Assembly: GCF_000002075.1 (NCBI RefSeq)
Contig: NW_004797397.1
Coordinates: forward strand, 868,071 to 919,473
DNA length: 51,403 nucleotides
Direction: 5' to 3'
DNA from: Aplysia californica
Taxonomy: Eukaryota
The notes beneath the pieces are model-generated. The model saw nothing but the letters and a program-made list of their open reading frames with translations. It was not told the DNA's origin and searched no databases. This document shows, one piece after another, positions 22,189-35,883 of this stretch. The position numbers were made by a program, and so were the translations under genes. Each line of letters opens with the position of its first letter. Within the stretch, counting starts at the first letter, position 1.

Positions 22189-24927
22189 GAAACACGGACC
22201 TTTGGTAGTCGCAACCTTTTTTCTTTCTATTAACTAATTTGATACTAATTTTTCTTTCCTACTAACAGTAATAGCACAACCCAACACCGAGCTCTTTTAA
22301 ATCTCGCTGACTTAATTTTAATTACAGTTTTGGTACCATTAAAAGCAATAACATATTTTTTTTAAAGATTAACCCGAACACTAACGAATTTTTAAAAACC
22401 CTTTTTAATTGACACTAGGTATAAAGTAACCAATATTAAGTAAATGTACTCCACAAACTAAAAAACACTAAATTAAATACACTTCAAAAACTGATAGGAA
22501 AAGAACACTGAGTAATCAAAACTAACTGTAACATATTAACTGATCAAGAATAATTATACAACACTAACTGGATAACGCTAAGAAAGACCAGCTAGCCAAT
22601 GCTAAAACACTAGCTAAGCATCATTACACCTTATCTAACAAACTCAAGTTGTAAATTAAATATTACTAGATTTAAATTTAAGGAAAAACAGACTAAAAAG
22701 TTATTCAGAAAAGAGCTTAAGTAATGAATACTAACTTTAACTTAACAATATTAACTAATCAGCAATAACTATAAAACCATAACTGAATAACGCTAACTAT
22801 GAAATACCAGCTGGCCAATTCTAAAACACTAGCTAACCATCATTACACCTCATTTAACAAACTCAAGTTGTAAAACATTAGCTGTCTCCATCAACCACTG
22901 ACAAACTGCGCCCACTACTAACTTATCAATGCCAACAATTAAAGAACACATATTAACCGCTGATAAACCAAAATCAACCTCTAACTACCCACCATTAACC
23001 ATTTTAACAACCATTTTAATTACTAACTTACCAACACTAACCACTAACTAACCAACCCTAACAACTAATTAACTAACACTAACTCCCCCAGACGTGAGCG
23101 CTCGGTAGCGCCGTCTTTTTAATCAGGCCTCAGTGTACTGTGTACTCTGTGACGGTCCCAAGCCCGTGAAAACTGAGAGGGAAAAGACGAGTTCTGTGAT
23201 GAAGAGAACTGTAGCAATGTGGACAAATTAAAAATGCGCCTATGAAAATAAACATTGTTCCCCCTTTGCCCTCTTCGAAATATAACCCTAAATACTGAGC
23301 ATACAAGTGCTTCAACTCTTTTTTGACATACTACTCTCCTTTTTCAATTTCCAGTTTTACAAATTTGCCCTCATTTTCTTGATCTTTTCAGCTCATTGTT
23401 ACTTTTATAACAACAATAAATAATTTTAAAAATAAAGAAGACATGCCTTCTAAACAAAAGTAAAGAGACTACGATAAACAACATTGAGCTGTTTCAGCTT
23501 GGGCTGGAGGGTTTACAACAGGTCTTTCGATTTCTTTGTTTGATTCAAAATGTAGCAACCTTATTCGTGTGTCATATCGCTGAGCATTACCAGAATGTTC
23601 TTAGAGTAAATCTAGTATTCTCTGCCGACACAGCCAGTATGTATGTGTGTCTGTATGTGTGTTTGTTTGTTTGTTTGCTGTATATCCAGAATCCAGACCA
23701 TTTTAGACACAACTGAAATCGCGCCGGGGAAAAACAGAGTCATTTTCAGTTACTCCACAGATAAAATGTCTTGTAAAAGGCGTTACTCACTACAAGATCA
23801 GAAGCCCTCACCTCTGCGAACTCTTCCCTTTGCCCTCCTCCCCTCCCCTCCCATTTCATCAAACCCCTACATTCCCCAAAGGGCACCTTTCCACCCATTC
23901 CCCTCCACCCACACTTCTTCTATATGCTTCTACATTCCATTCTCTTCGAATACGTTTTGTTTACTGAGACTTTTAAAAAAACCTTTAAAAAACCCATCAA
24001 AAGAACCAACAACCAAGAGCAACAAAAACGAACACACAAACATAAACAAACGTGATCAGTCTCCCCATACCCCGTGACCTGAGAAAGAGAAGAAAACAAG
24101 GAAGAAATTCCCCAGTAGTCCGTCAGGAAAACCGAACAATGACCAATCCCAACACTCTCAGTTCAGTCGCCTGTCTCCCCTCGACACCTCTCATTTCCCC
24201 ACCCCGCACCCCTCCACCCTCTCCCCCCTTCCAATCCGTTCTCTGTTCTTCATTACTCCAACCCCTCCCATCCCTCACCTGTTTTTAATATTTGAATTAT
24301 TTTTTTAAAAACAAAACAAACCCAACGTGGTCAGTCTCCCCATTGATCTGAGAGTGAGAAGAAAACAAGGATTATCAAAGAAAGATGAACACAGTTAACA
24401 TTTCTTTGTCGAAGGCCAGAGAACCCAAACAATGGCCAATCATAACACTCTCAGTTCAGTCGCTCGTCTTGGGATCTTACAATGGGTGAATAAAAGGCGT
24501 GGCTTAAGATATGAGGGCCGTCCTATTCCACGTTTGTAGCCACTCGTGATTTAACTTACTGTGGCAAAAAAATGTCATTAAAGGCACATTGGTTATTTCT
24601 GCCAACGAAGTACAGGATGTAGTTACTTTTACAATCTGTCCCCGTGGTTTTATGCACCCCGCATAATTTAGCCAAATTTGATCATTTTTTTGCCTAATTT
24701 CTAATTTTTTTCCTCCTTTGCTCTTTGTTAAAATTAACAGAATCGCATAATTTCACATTTTTGGGTTCAGTTTGCATAATTTCAAATTCTTTCTTTCATA
24801 AAAAGACGGGGGCAGTACAATGTATATGAAATGTGTTTTGAAAAGTGAAGCATTAATAAATATATTTTTATATATTATACAATTCTGTTCCCGATCTTCC
24901 TTCAGCATCTATTCCCGCGAAGAAGCA

Positions 24928-27266
24928 AGTGAGAAAGGCTGGTCACTGTGTGTCGGTCTTCTTTTGGAGAACAAGCCTTTGATGTCTACTGGTCACTATT
25001 GGGTGACCGCCCTTTGATGACTTCTGGCCATTGCAGCGTCGTCTTTGATGTAGACAATGGAAGCCACGTAAAAGCAATGTGGGGGGTGGGGGAATCTTTG
25101 TTGATGTTATTGAAGACAAAAAAAAAACACTCTTAGATAATACGGTGGAAACAAGTAATAAAACCACGACATAATATTGTCAGCCCAATAATATCATCTA
25201 AACATTATTGTTTTCTAAAAGCACCGATTAAAAGAACACACAAAATGAAAGCAGGTACAAGCCTTTGGGACAAAGTACAGTGGGCCCCGCTCACATGTTG
25301 CTCCATTAAGCTTTTTCAAATTTGTCAAAATAATGTATTTGTGGTATAAATATTGTTAGAAGGAAAATAAAATTGACATGAGCTTTCTTTAACTGTGAGC
25401 TTGTGAGAGTGGCTGGTCAGTGTGTGTCCGCCTTCTTTTGGGAAACCGCCCTTTGATCTCTGCTCGTCATTGTTAGGTGACCGCCCTTTGATGTCTACTG
25501 GTCATTTGCCAATGTTGAGTGACCGTCCTTTGATGTCTAGTGGTCACTGTGGTGATGTCTCTGGTGTAGGCAATTAAAGCCGTGTCAAAACGTGCCAACG
25601 GTCACAAACATTAATTTTCTGTTTTATTTACATAATAAAATTTAACACGTTATCTTTTGATAGTATTTATTACGTTATCCAATATTTAGCCTTCATTCAA
25701 GTTTACTAACGTCATTTTACAAACATCAGTATGTCTGTTTCTATTAAGGGTACATTTATTTAAATCATTGTCATGAGGCCTCGTTTACTACTAAATACTA
25801 TACTACTTTGGTTCACGTACTTGCTTCAGCATCCATTGCGGCGAAGAAGCAGGTGAGAAAGGCTGGTCACTGTGTGTCGGTCTTCTTTGGGGAAGCCGCT
25901 CTTTGACATGTGCTAGTCGAGGCTGGGTGACCGCCCTTTGGTGTCTGGTAGTTGTTATTGTGTGACTCCACTTTGATGTCTACTGGTCACAGTTGGGTGA
26001 CCACCGTTTACTGACAGGTGGTCACAGACGGATAACCGCCCTTAGTTTCTGATGGTCATTGTTGAGTGACTGCCTTTTAATATCTGCTGATCTCTACCGG
26101 GTGACTGTCCTTTGATGACTGGTGGTCTCTACTAGGTGACTGCCTTTGTTGTCTGGGGGGGGGGGGTCAATGTTGGATAACCTCCCTTTGATGCCTACTG
26201 GTCATAGCGGCGGAGTCTGTGATGTAGACAATGGATGCCGTGTCAAAGCAAGAGCCGACAATCATTATTGATGTTTATGACAACATCCCCCTTCTCCCAC
26301 CCCCAAATAAATATTTTGTTTTAAAATGAAAGAAAACAGAAAAAATGACAAAAACAAACCAAAAACAAACAAAACAAAAACAGCAAAACAACCCCCCCCC
26401 CCCCCCCCCACTGAATATACACTAGTAAAAAATTAAATATGGAGGTTCATACTATTCTCAACTAATTCACCCGTCAAAGAGCTGTCTAACTTATTAAAAT
26501 TTACTTATCGTGTTTACATATAACTATTTTTATGAGTAAAGTAAAGTAAAGTTGTTCCCGAATCCGATCTGGACATTGGAGATTGCCATGTTAGTGAGAC
26601 AACTTACAAGAATTTCGGCCTTTTCTATGAGAACCGATTGAAAACAAAGAAAAACAAAACAAATAGAAAACAAATCAAAGAAGGAAAGACTTGACTGAGA
26701 GCATTTTACTTTGAGGGAAAAAAGGTTGCTTGTTCATACTTTTTCAAATTTGTCAAAATAATTCTTCTTTTTTTTCGACATATCGTTTGCAGGAAAACGT
26801 GACAAGAGTTATCTTTAACTCTGTTGCACTTTGTACATCATCTGTGAGCTTGTGAGAGTGGCTGGTCAGTGTGTGTCGGCCTTCTTTGGGGAAGCCGCCC
26901 TTTGATGTCAGACGGTCATTGTTGGATCACCGCCCTTTGATGTCTGATGGTCATTCTTGAGTAACTACCCTTTGATGTCTACGGGTCGGTTTTGGGTGAC
27001 CCTCTTTGATGTTTGATGTTCCATGTTGGGTGACTGCCCTTTCATGTCTGAAGGTCATTGTAGAGTTACCGCCCTTTGAATTCTGATGGTCCTTGTTGGG
27101 TGACCGCCCTTTGATGTCTGATGGTCATTGTTGGGTGACCGCCCTTTGATGTCTGATGGTCATTGTTGGGTGACCGCCCTTTGATGTCCGATGGTCAATG
27201 CAGCCGGCGTCTGTGATGTGAACAATGGAAGCTATGTCAAAGCAAGGACCGACAATCGGTGTCGGT
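24928..27266 (+). promoter_or_regulatory. Four modules of 35-bp repeats upstream of copy 5
   Basis: Homologous to 11250-13562. TATA at 27313. Confidence 0.65.
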
Positions 27267-27432
27267 GATTTTGAAGACAAATACCCCTCTTTAGGGGGAC
27301 GCTTGACTCCACTATAAAAGTGAAGGGGTCTGGACATTCCTTCAGTTCAGCATATCGCTCTCGCAGTGACAGGTTGGATACGTCTTGTATTTTCCTCTAC
27401 AGAATTTCTCGACAACTCGGCAGATATCTAGC

Positions 27433-28975
27433 ATGGCTACTCTCACGTTTCCCGATGTCACCGTCATTCGTGATGGAGACTTTCTGAACAATTTCAACTT
27501 GAAGTTTGTGCGTGTCCTTGCCAAGAAGAAGAATTCGCTAGTTTTGGAAGCTTCCATGAAGAACGACGACTCCATTCGTAAGGCAATCAAGAAGATCCCT
27601 TACCTGGACAGTAAAGGACGACATCGAGGTCTCGAGGACAGCACCGAGGAGTTGACCATCATGCACAACGTTCAGCACCCGCACCTCATGAAGATGGACT
27701 GGGTGGTCACGTGTGACAGCTTCCTGGCTATCTATATGCCCCTGTGTTCTCAGGGATCTTTGGATGGATTGCGTCAGTCGCTCCAATGGGACCAAGTGGA
27801 ACGGGTTTTCGTACAAACCGCCTGTGCCCTGAGATATCTCCACGACCAGCGCTGTGTACACGGGGACGTGAAGCCAGGCAACATCTTCCTAGACGCCTCC
27901 GGCAACGCCATCCTCGGAGACTTTGGTTGTTCTCAGATCTTACCTGATGGAGAAAACACCGTGAGTCGCTGGAGAGGAACTCTGGGATACCATGGACCTG
28001 AGTTTTTCCTTGGTTACAAATTCGACCCTTTTCTGGTAAGTTTTTCTTCTTTATTTTTTACGTTTCAGCCTTGATTTGTTGTGGTCATTACACAGGTTAG
28101 ACGTGCGTTTTTAGCACACAGAAAGGTATCTGCTGTTTGTGTTTATTCTGCCAAAGAAATATTATTACTTTTATGTCTACGCTTTCACCCTTTTGTCTAA
28201 TTCATCGGTATTAGGGTGTCATCACTTTTATTACACAATCTATCTATATTATTTGTAGCATGATATCGTTATCAATTGCTTCAATTTTTATGATGTTTGA
28301 TATTAATGTAACGTGATTCCGATGTCTAATGTTCCGGTCATTTGTTTTCTTTTTTTTCAGATGGACGCATACGCACTGGGAGCCACGCTGTGGTCTCTCG
28401 CTGTGGTCTCTGGTTTCAGGTAAGACAGCTATAGTTGTGAGGAATTTTTCTCTGCCCGAAATGTTCAGGTAAGACAGCTATAATACTGTCATGGTTTACT
28501 GAATTGTATTATATATTAGAACGCAGTAGAATGGTTTCCACCATAGACGTTTTCGTTGTATGCTTTGATGTGAAAGTATAAATTGTATTGAAACGTTGAT
28601 GAAGTTCTGTGTGGATACGGGGCTTAAATAAACTAAAACATTTTTATATCTTTGACAGCATTTTTGTCATATAACTGAAGACTTTTATGTTTCAATTATT
28701 ATACATTACTAATACCATCTTGCATCGCTTGGTATCCAGTTATATATCATGTTATGTGTCATCTTTGAAGCATTTTAAACGCATGTTATCATTTCTTTTT
28801 ACTAATATTTAATTTGCTAAAACTTTTCTAACCTCAATCTGTGTTTGTTTTCCTCCACAGAGAAGTTCTGAAAGGACTTTTGCGCGGAGATCCTCAGAAG
28901 CGACTGTCTGTTCCCGGCCTCTTGGAGTTCTTGTCTACTCGTGAGAAGCTCAGGGGAATTATGGAGGGTTTGTGA
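27433..28975 (+). CDS. Kinase copy 5 with rearranged exon 2 (exons 27433-28035, 28361-28419, 28861-28975); shortened isoform or pseudogene
   Basis: Exon 2 carries a 13-bp duplication and a copied donor TTCAG|GTAAGAC at 28419/28420. Using it keeps phase 2 and gives a protein 18 aa shorter. Using the original donor (28468) includes an in-frame TAA. Confidence 0.7.
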
Positions 28976-31831
28976 GAAACACGGACCTTTGGTAGTCGCA
29001 ACCTTTTTTCTTTCTATTAACTAATTTGATACTAATTTTTCTTTCCTACTAACAGTAATAGCACAACCCAACACCGAGCTCTTTTAAATCTCGCTGACTT
29101 AATTTTAATTACAGTTTTGGTACCATTAAAAGCAATAACATATTTTTAAAAAAGATTAACCCGAACACTAACGAATTTTAAAAAAACCCTTTTTAATTGA
29201 CACTAGGTATAAAGTAACCAATATTAAGTAAATGTACTCCACAAACTAAAAAACACTAAATTAAATACACTTCAAAAACTGATTAGGAAAAGAACACTGA
29301 GTAATCAAAACTAACTGTAACATATTAACTGATCAAGAATAATTATACAACACTAACTGGATAACGCTAAGAAAGAGCAGCTAGCCAATGCTAAAACACT
29401 AGCTAAGCATCATTACACCTTATCTAACAAACTCAAGTTGTAAATTAAATATTACTAGATTTAAATTTAAGGAAAAACAGACTAAAAAGTTATTCAGAAA
29501 AGAGCTTAAGTAATGAATACTAACTTTAACTTAACAATATTAACTAATCAGCAATAACTATAAAACCATAACTGAATAACGCTAACTATGAAATACCAGC
29601 TGGCCAATTCTAAAACACTAGCTAACCATCATTACACCTCATTTAACAAACTCAAGTTGTAAAACATTAGCTGTCTCCATCAACCACTGACAAACCTGCG
29701 CCCACTACTAACTTATCAATGCCAACAATTAAAGAACACATATTAACCGCTGATAAACCAAAATCAACCTCTAACTACCCACCACTAACCATTTTAACAA
29801 CCATTTTAATTACTAACTTACCAACACTAACCACTAACTAACCAACCCTAACAACTAATTAACTAACACTAACTCCCCCAGACGTGAGCGCTCGGTAGCG
29901 CCGTCTTTTTAATCAGGCCTCAGTGTACTGTGTACTCTGTGACGGTCCCAAGCCCGTGAAAACTGAGAGGGAAAAGACGAGTTCTGTGATGAAGAGAACT
30001 GTAGCAATGTGGACAAATTAAAAATGCGCCTATGAAAATAAACATTGTTCCCCCTTTGCCCTCTGCGAAATATAACCCTAAATACTGAGCATACAAGTGC
30101 TTCAACTCTTTTTTGACATACTACTCTCCTTTTTCAATTTCCAGTTTTACAAATTTGCCCTCATTTTCTTGATCTTTTCAGCTCATTGTTACTTTTATAA
30201 CAACAATAAATAATTTTAAAAATAAAGAAGACATGCCTTCTAAACAAAAGTAAAGAGACTACGATAAACAACATTGAGCTGTTTCAGCTTGGGCTGGAGG
30301 GTTTACAACAGGTCTTTCGATTTCTTTGTTTGATTCAAAATGTAGCAACCTTATTCGTGTGTCATATCGCTGAGCATTACCAGAATGTTCTTAGAGTAAA
30401 TCTAGTATTCTCTGCCGACACAGCCAGTATGTATGTGTGTCTGTATGTGTGTTTGTTTGTTTGTTTGCTGTATATCCAGAATCCAGACCATTTTGGACAC
30501 AACTGAAATCGCGCCGGGGAAAAACAGAGTCATTTTCAGTAACTCCACAGATAAAATGTCTTGTAAAAGGCGTTACTCACTACAAGATCAGAAGCCCTCA
30601 CCTCTGCGAACTCTTCCCTTTGCCCTCCTCCCCTCCCCTCCCATTTCATCAAACCCCTACATTCCCCAAAGGGCACCTTTCCACCCATTCCCCTCCACCC
30701 ACACTTCTTTTATATGCTTCTACATTCCATTCTCTTCGAATACGTTTTGTTTACTGAGACTTTTTAAAAAACCTTTAAAAAACCCACCAAAAGAACCAAC
30801 AACCAAGAGCAACAAAAACGAACACACAAACATAAACAAACGTGATCAGTCTCCCCATACCCCGTGACCTGAGAAAGAGAAGAAAACAAGGAAGAAATTC
30901 CCCAGTAGTCCGTCAGGAAAACCGAACAATGACCAATCCCAACACTCTCAGTTCAGTCGCCTGTCTCCCCTCGACACCTCTCATTTCCCCACCCCGCACC
31001 CCTCCACCCTCTCCCCCCTTCCAATCCGTTCTCTGTTCTTCATTACTCCAACCCCTCCCATCCCTCACCTGTTTTTAATATTTGAATTATTTTTTTTAAA
31101 ACAAAACAAACCCAACGTGGTCAGTCTCCCCATTGATCTGAGAGTGAGAAGAAAACAAGGATTATCAAAGAAAGATGAACACAGTTAACATTTCTTTGTC
31201 GAAGGCCAGAGAACCCAAACAATGGCCAATCATAACACTCTCAGTTCAGTCGCTCGTCTTGGGATCTTACAATGGGTGAATAAAAGGCGTGGCTTAAGAT
31301 ATGAGGGCCGTCCTATTCCACGTTTGTAGCCACTCGTGATTTAACTTACTGTGTCAAAAAATGTCATTAAAGGCACATGGGTTATTTCTGCCAACGAAGT
31401 ACAGGATGTAGTTACTTTTACAATCTGTCCCCGTGGTTTTATGCACTTCGCATAATTTAGCCAAATTTGATCATTTTTTTGCGTAATTTCTAATTTTTTC
31501 CCCTTTTTTGCTCTTTGTATAAATTAACAGAATCGCATAATTTCACATTTTTGGGTTCAGTTTGCATAATTACACATTTTTTCTTTCATAAAAAGACGGG
31601 GCAGTACAATGTATATGAAATGTGTTTTGAAAAGTGAAGCATTAATAAATATATTTTTACTTTAATTTTTTAAATTCCTATTATGAAGTATTGGGAGTTT
31701 GGTGGGGGGGGGGCTATGTGGTGGTTAGGTTTCTCTAACTAACCACGTTGTCACAAGGCTTTATTTACAACAAAAAAATAGTACAATTCTGTTCCCGATC
31801 TTCCTTCAGCATCTATTCCCGCGAAGAAGCA

Positions 31832-34177
31832 AGTGAGAAAGGCTGGTCACTGTGTGTCGGTCTTCTTTTGGAGAACAAGCCTTTGATGTCTACTGGTCAC
31901 TATTGGGTGACCGCCCTTTGATGACTTCTGGCCATTGCAGCGTCGTCTTTGATGTAGACAATGGAAGCCACGTAAAAGCAATGTGGGGGGGGGGGGGGTG
32001 AATCTTTGTTGATGTTATTGAAGACAAAAAAAAAACACTCTTAGATAATACGGTGGAAACAAGTAATAAAACCACGACATAATATTGTCAGCCCAATAAT
32101 ATCATCTAAACATTATTGTTTTCTAAAAGCACCGATTAAAAGAACACACAAAATGAAAGCAGGTACAAGCCTTTGGGACAAAGAAAGTACAGTGGGCCCC
32201 GCTCACATGTTGCTCCATTAAGCTTTTTCAAATTTGTCAAAATAATTTATTTGTGGTATAAATATTGTTAGAAGGAAAATAAAATTGACATGAGCTTTCT
32301 TTAACTGTGAGCTTGTGAGAGTGGCTGGTCAGTGTGTGTCCGCATTCTTTTGGGAAACCGCCCTTTGATCTCTGCTCGTCATTGTTAGGTGACCGCCCTT
32401 TGATGTCTACTGGTCATTTGCCAATGTTGAGTGACCGTCCTTTGATGTCTAGTGGTCACTGTGGTGATGTCTCTGGTGTAGGCAATTAAAGCCGTGTCAA
32501 AACGTGCCAACGGTCACAAACATTAATTTTCTGTTTTATTTACATAATAAAATTTAACACGTTATCTTTTGATAGTATTTATTACGTTATCCAATATTTA
32601 GCCTTCATTCAAGTTTACTAACGTCATTTTACAAACATCAGTATGTCTGTTTCTATTAAGGGTACATTTATTTAAATCATTGTCATGAGGCCTCGTTTAC
32701 TACTAAATACTATACTACTTTGGTTCACGTACTTGCTTCAGCATCCATTCCGGCGAAGAAGCAGGTGAGAAAGGCTGGTCACTGTGTGTCGGTCTTCTTT
32801 GGGGAAGCCGCTCTTTGACATGTGCTAGTCGAGGCTGGGTGACCGCCCTTTGGTGTCTGGTAGTTGTTATTGTGTGACTCCACTTTGATGTCTACTGGTC
32901 ACAGTTGGGTGACCACCGTTTACTGACAGGTGGTCACAGACGGATAACCGCCCTTAGTTTCTGATGGTCATTGTTGAGTGACTGCCTTTTAATATCTGCT
33001 GATCTCTACCGGGTGACTGTCCTTTGATGACTGGTGGTCTCTACTAGGTGACTGCCTTTGTTGTCTGGGGGGGGGGGGGTCAATGTTGGATAACCTCCCT
33101 TTGATGCCTACTGGTCATAGCGGCGGAGTCTGTGATGTAGACAATTGATGCCGTGTCAAAGCAAGAGCCGACAATCATTATTGATGTTTATGACAACATC
33201 CCCCTTCTCCCACCCCCAAATAAATATTTTGTTTTAAAATGAAAGAAAACAGAAAAAATGACAAAAACAAACCAAAAACAAACAAAACAAAAACAGCAAA
33301 ACAACCCCCCCCCCCCCCCCACTGAATATACACTAGTAAAAAATTAAATATGGAGGTTCATACTATTCTCAACTAATTCACCCGTCAAAGAGCTGTCTAA
33401 CTTATTAAAATTTACTTATCGTGTTTACATATAACTATTTTTATGAGTAAAGTAAAGTAAAGTTGTTCCCGAATCCGATCTGGACATTGGAGATTGCCAT
33501 GTTAGTGAGACAACTTACAAGAATTTCGGCCTTTTCTATGAGAACCGATTGAAAACAAAGAAAAACAAAACAAATAGAAAACAAATCAAAGAAGGAAAGA
33601 CTTGACTGAGAGCATTTTACTTTGAGGGAAAAAAGGTTGCTTGTTCATACTTTTTCAAATTTGTCAAAATAATTCTTCTTTTTTTTCGACATATCGTTTG
33701 CAGGAAAACGTGACAAGAGTTATCTTTAACTCTGTTGCACTTTGTACATCATCTGTGAGCTTGTGAGAGTGGCTGGTCAGTGTGTGTCGGCCTTCTTTGG
33801 GGAAGCCGCCCTTTGATGTCAGACGGTCATTGTTGGATCACCGCCCTTTGATGTCTGATGGTCATTCTTGAGTAACTACCCTTTGATGTCTACGGGTCGG
33901 TTTTGGGTGACCCTCTTTGATGTTTGATGTTCCATGTTGGGTGACCGCCCTTTCATGTCTGAAGGTCATTGTAGAGTTACCGCCCTTTGAATTCTGATGG
34001 TCCTTGTTGGGTGACCGCCCTTTGATGTCTGATGGTCATTGTTGGGTGACCGCCCTTTGATGTCTGATGGTCATTGTTGGGTGACCGCCCTTTGATGTCC
34101 GATGGTCAATGCAGCCGGCGTCTGTGATGTGAACAATGGAAGCTATGTCAAAGCAAGGACCGACAATCGGTGTCGGT
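31832..34177 (+). promoter_or_regulatory. Four modules of 35-bp repeats upstream of copy 6
   Basis: Homologous to 11250-13562. TATA at 34224. Confidence 0.65.
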
Positions 34178-34343
34178 GATTTTGAAGACAAATACCCCTC
34201 TTTAGGGGGACGCTTGACTCCACTATAAAAGTGAAGGGGTCTGGACATTCCTTCAGTTCAGCATATCGCTCTCGCAGTGACAGGTTGGATACGTCTTGTA
34301 TTTTCCTCTACAGAATTTCTCGACAACTCGGCAGATATCTAGC

Positions 34344-35383
34344 ATGGCTACTCTCACGTTTCCCGATGTCACCGTCATTCGTGATGGAGACTTTCTGAAC
34401 AATTTCAACTTGAAGTTTGTGCGTGTCCTTGCCAAGAAGAAGAATTCGCTAGTTTTGGAAGCTTCCATGAAGAACGACGACTCCATTCGTAAGGCAATCA
34501 AGAAGATCCCTTACCTGGACAGTAAAGGACGACATCGAGGTCTCGAGGACAGCACCGAGGAGTTGACCATCATGCACAACGTTCAGCACCCGCACCTCAT
34601 GAAGATGGACTGGGTGGTCACGTGTGACAGCTTCCTGGCTATCTATATGCCTCTGTGTTCTCAGGGATCTTTGGATGGATTGCGTCAGTCGCTCCAATGG
34701 GACCAAGTGGAACGGGTTTTCGTGCAAACCGCCTGTGCCCTGAGATATCTCCACGACCAGCGCTGTGTACACGAGGACGTGAAGCCAGACAACATCTTCC
34801 TAGACGCCTCCGGCAACGCCATCCTCGAAGACTTTGGTTGTTCTCAGATCTTACCTGATGGAGAAAACACCGTGAGTCGCTGGAGAGGAACTCTGGGATA
34901 CCATGGACCTGAGTTTTTCCTTGGTTACAAATTCGACCCTTTTCTGGTAAGTTTTTCTTCTTTTTTTTTACGTTTCAGCCTTGATTTGTTGTGATCATTA
35001 CGCAGGTTAGACGTAAGTTTTTAGCACACAGAAAGTTATCTGCTGTTTGTGTTTATTCTGCCAAAGAAATAGTATTACTTTTATGTCTACGCTTTCACCC
35101 TTTTGTCTAATTCATCGGTATTAGGGTGTCATCACTTTTATTACACAATCTATCTATATTATTTGTAGCATGATATCGTTATCAATTGCTTCAATTTTTA
35201 TGATGTTTGATATTAATGTAACGTGATTCCGATGTCTAATGTTCCGGTCATTTGTTTTCTTTTTTTTCAGATGGACGCATACGCACTGGGAGCCACGCTG
35301 TGGTCTCTGGTTTTCAGACTCAAACCAGCAGACCTGGATCTACTGGACGTTGTGAGGAATTCTTCTCTGCCCGAAATGTTCAG
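34344..35383 (+). pseudogene. Kinase copy 6, 3'-truncated (exons 34344-34946, 35271-35383; exon 3 absent)
   Basis: HGD>HED (34773-34775) and LGDFG>LEDFG (34827-34829). Homology stops ~40 bp into intron 2 and no subdomain XI exon is found downstream. Confidence 0.8.
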
Positions 35384-35883
35384 GTAAGACAGCTGTAATA
35401 TATATATACATATATCGTGTTTGCCGCTCGAGGTCCACTGTATCGCCACAATGCAATGCTTAACTACCGCTCGAACTTCCTCTAAGTGAATAGTGTAGTT
35501 ACTCTCTTTTTATGCTTGCTTATTTTTTTTTAATTACGTTGTCATAAATTATATTTTCCTTGATTATTTTTTCACCTTACAAAAGTGCAATTTTACATTG
35601 GTCCTCCCCTTCTTACACTTAACTTTTACAGGAGCCAACCCCTCCCCCCCCCCCCCCCCTTTTTTTCCCTGGCGTCAGATATTATTTGAACGTCCCCGGG
35701 GTTTTCTGGATGAATCGATCCTTGTCTAGATTAGCCTCCTGGCCTAAGATTTAAAGTCTTTCACAAATTTTTTTATACTAGATCTAGATCTATCTACCTG
35801 GTGCTACGGAACCATGAAGCAAGCTAAGTAATCAGACAACCGTGTTTACGATTGATTTACTCTAGATCTAGATTCTAGATCTA

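Larger units (their letters stand above)
1520..35422 (+). repeat. Head-to-tail segmental tandem array, 6 copies of a ~6.9-kb kinase-gene unit
   Basis: Identical ORFs recur at 2231, 6717, 13681, 20593, 27385 and 34296 (spacings 4486 across a gap, 6964, 6912, 6792, 6911). Homology ends at ~35422, inside intron 2 of copy 6. Confidence 0.97.
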
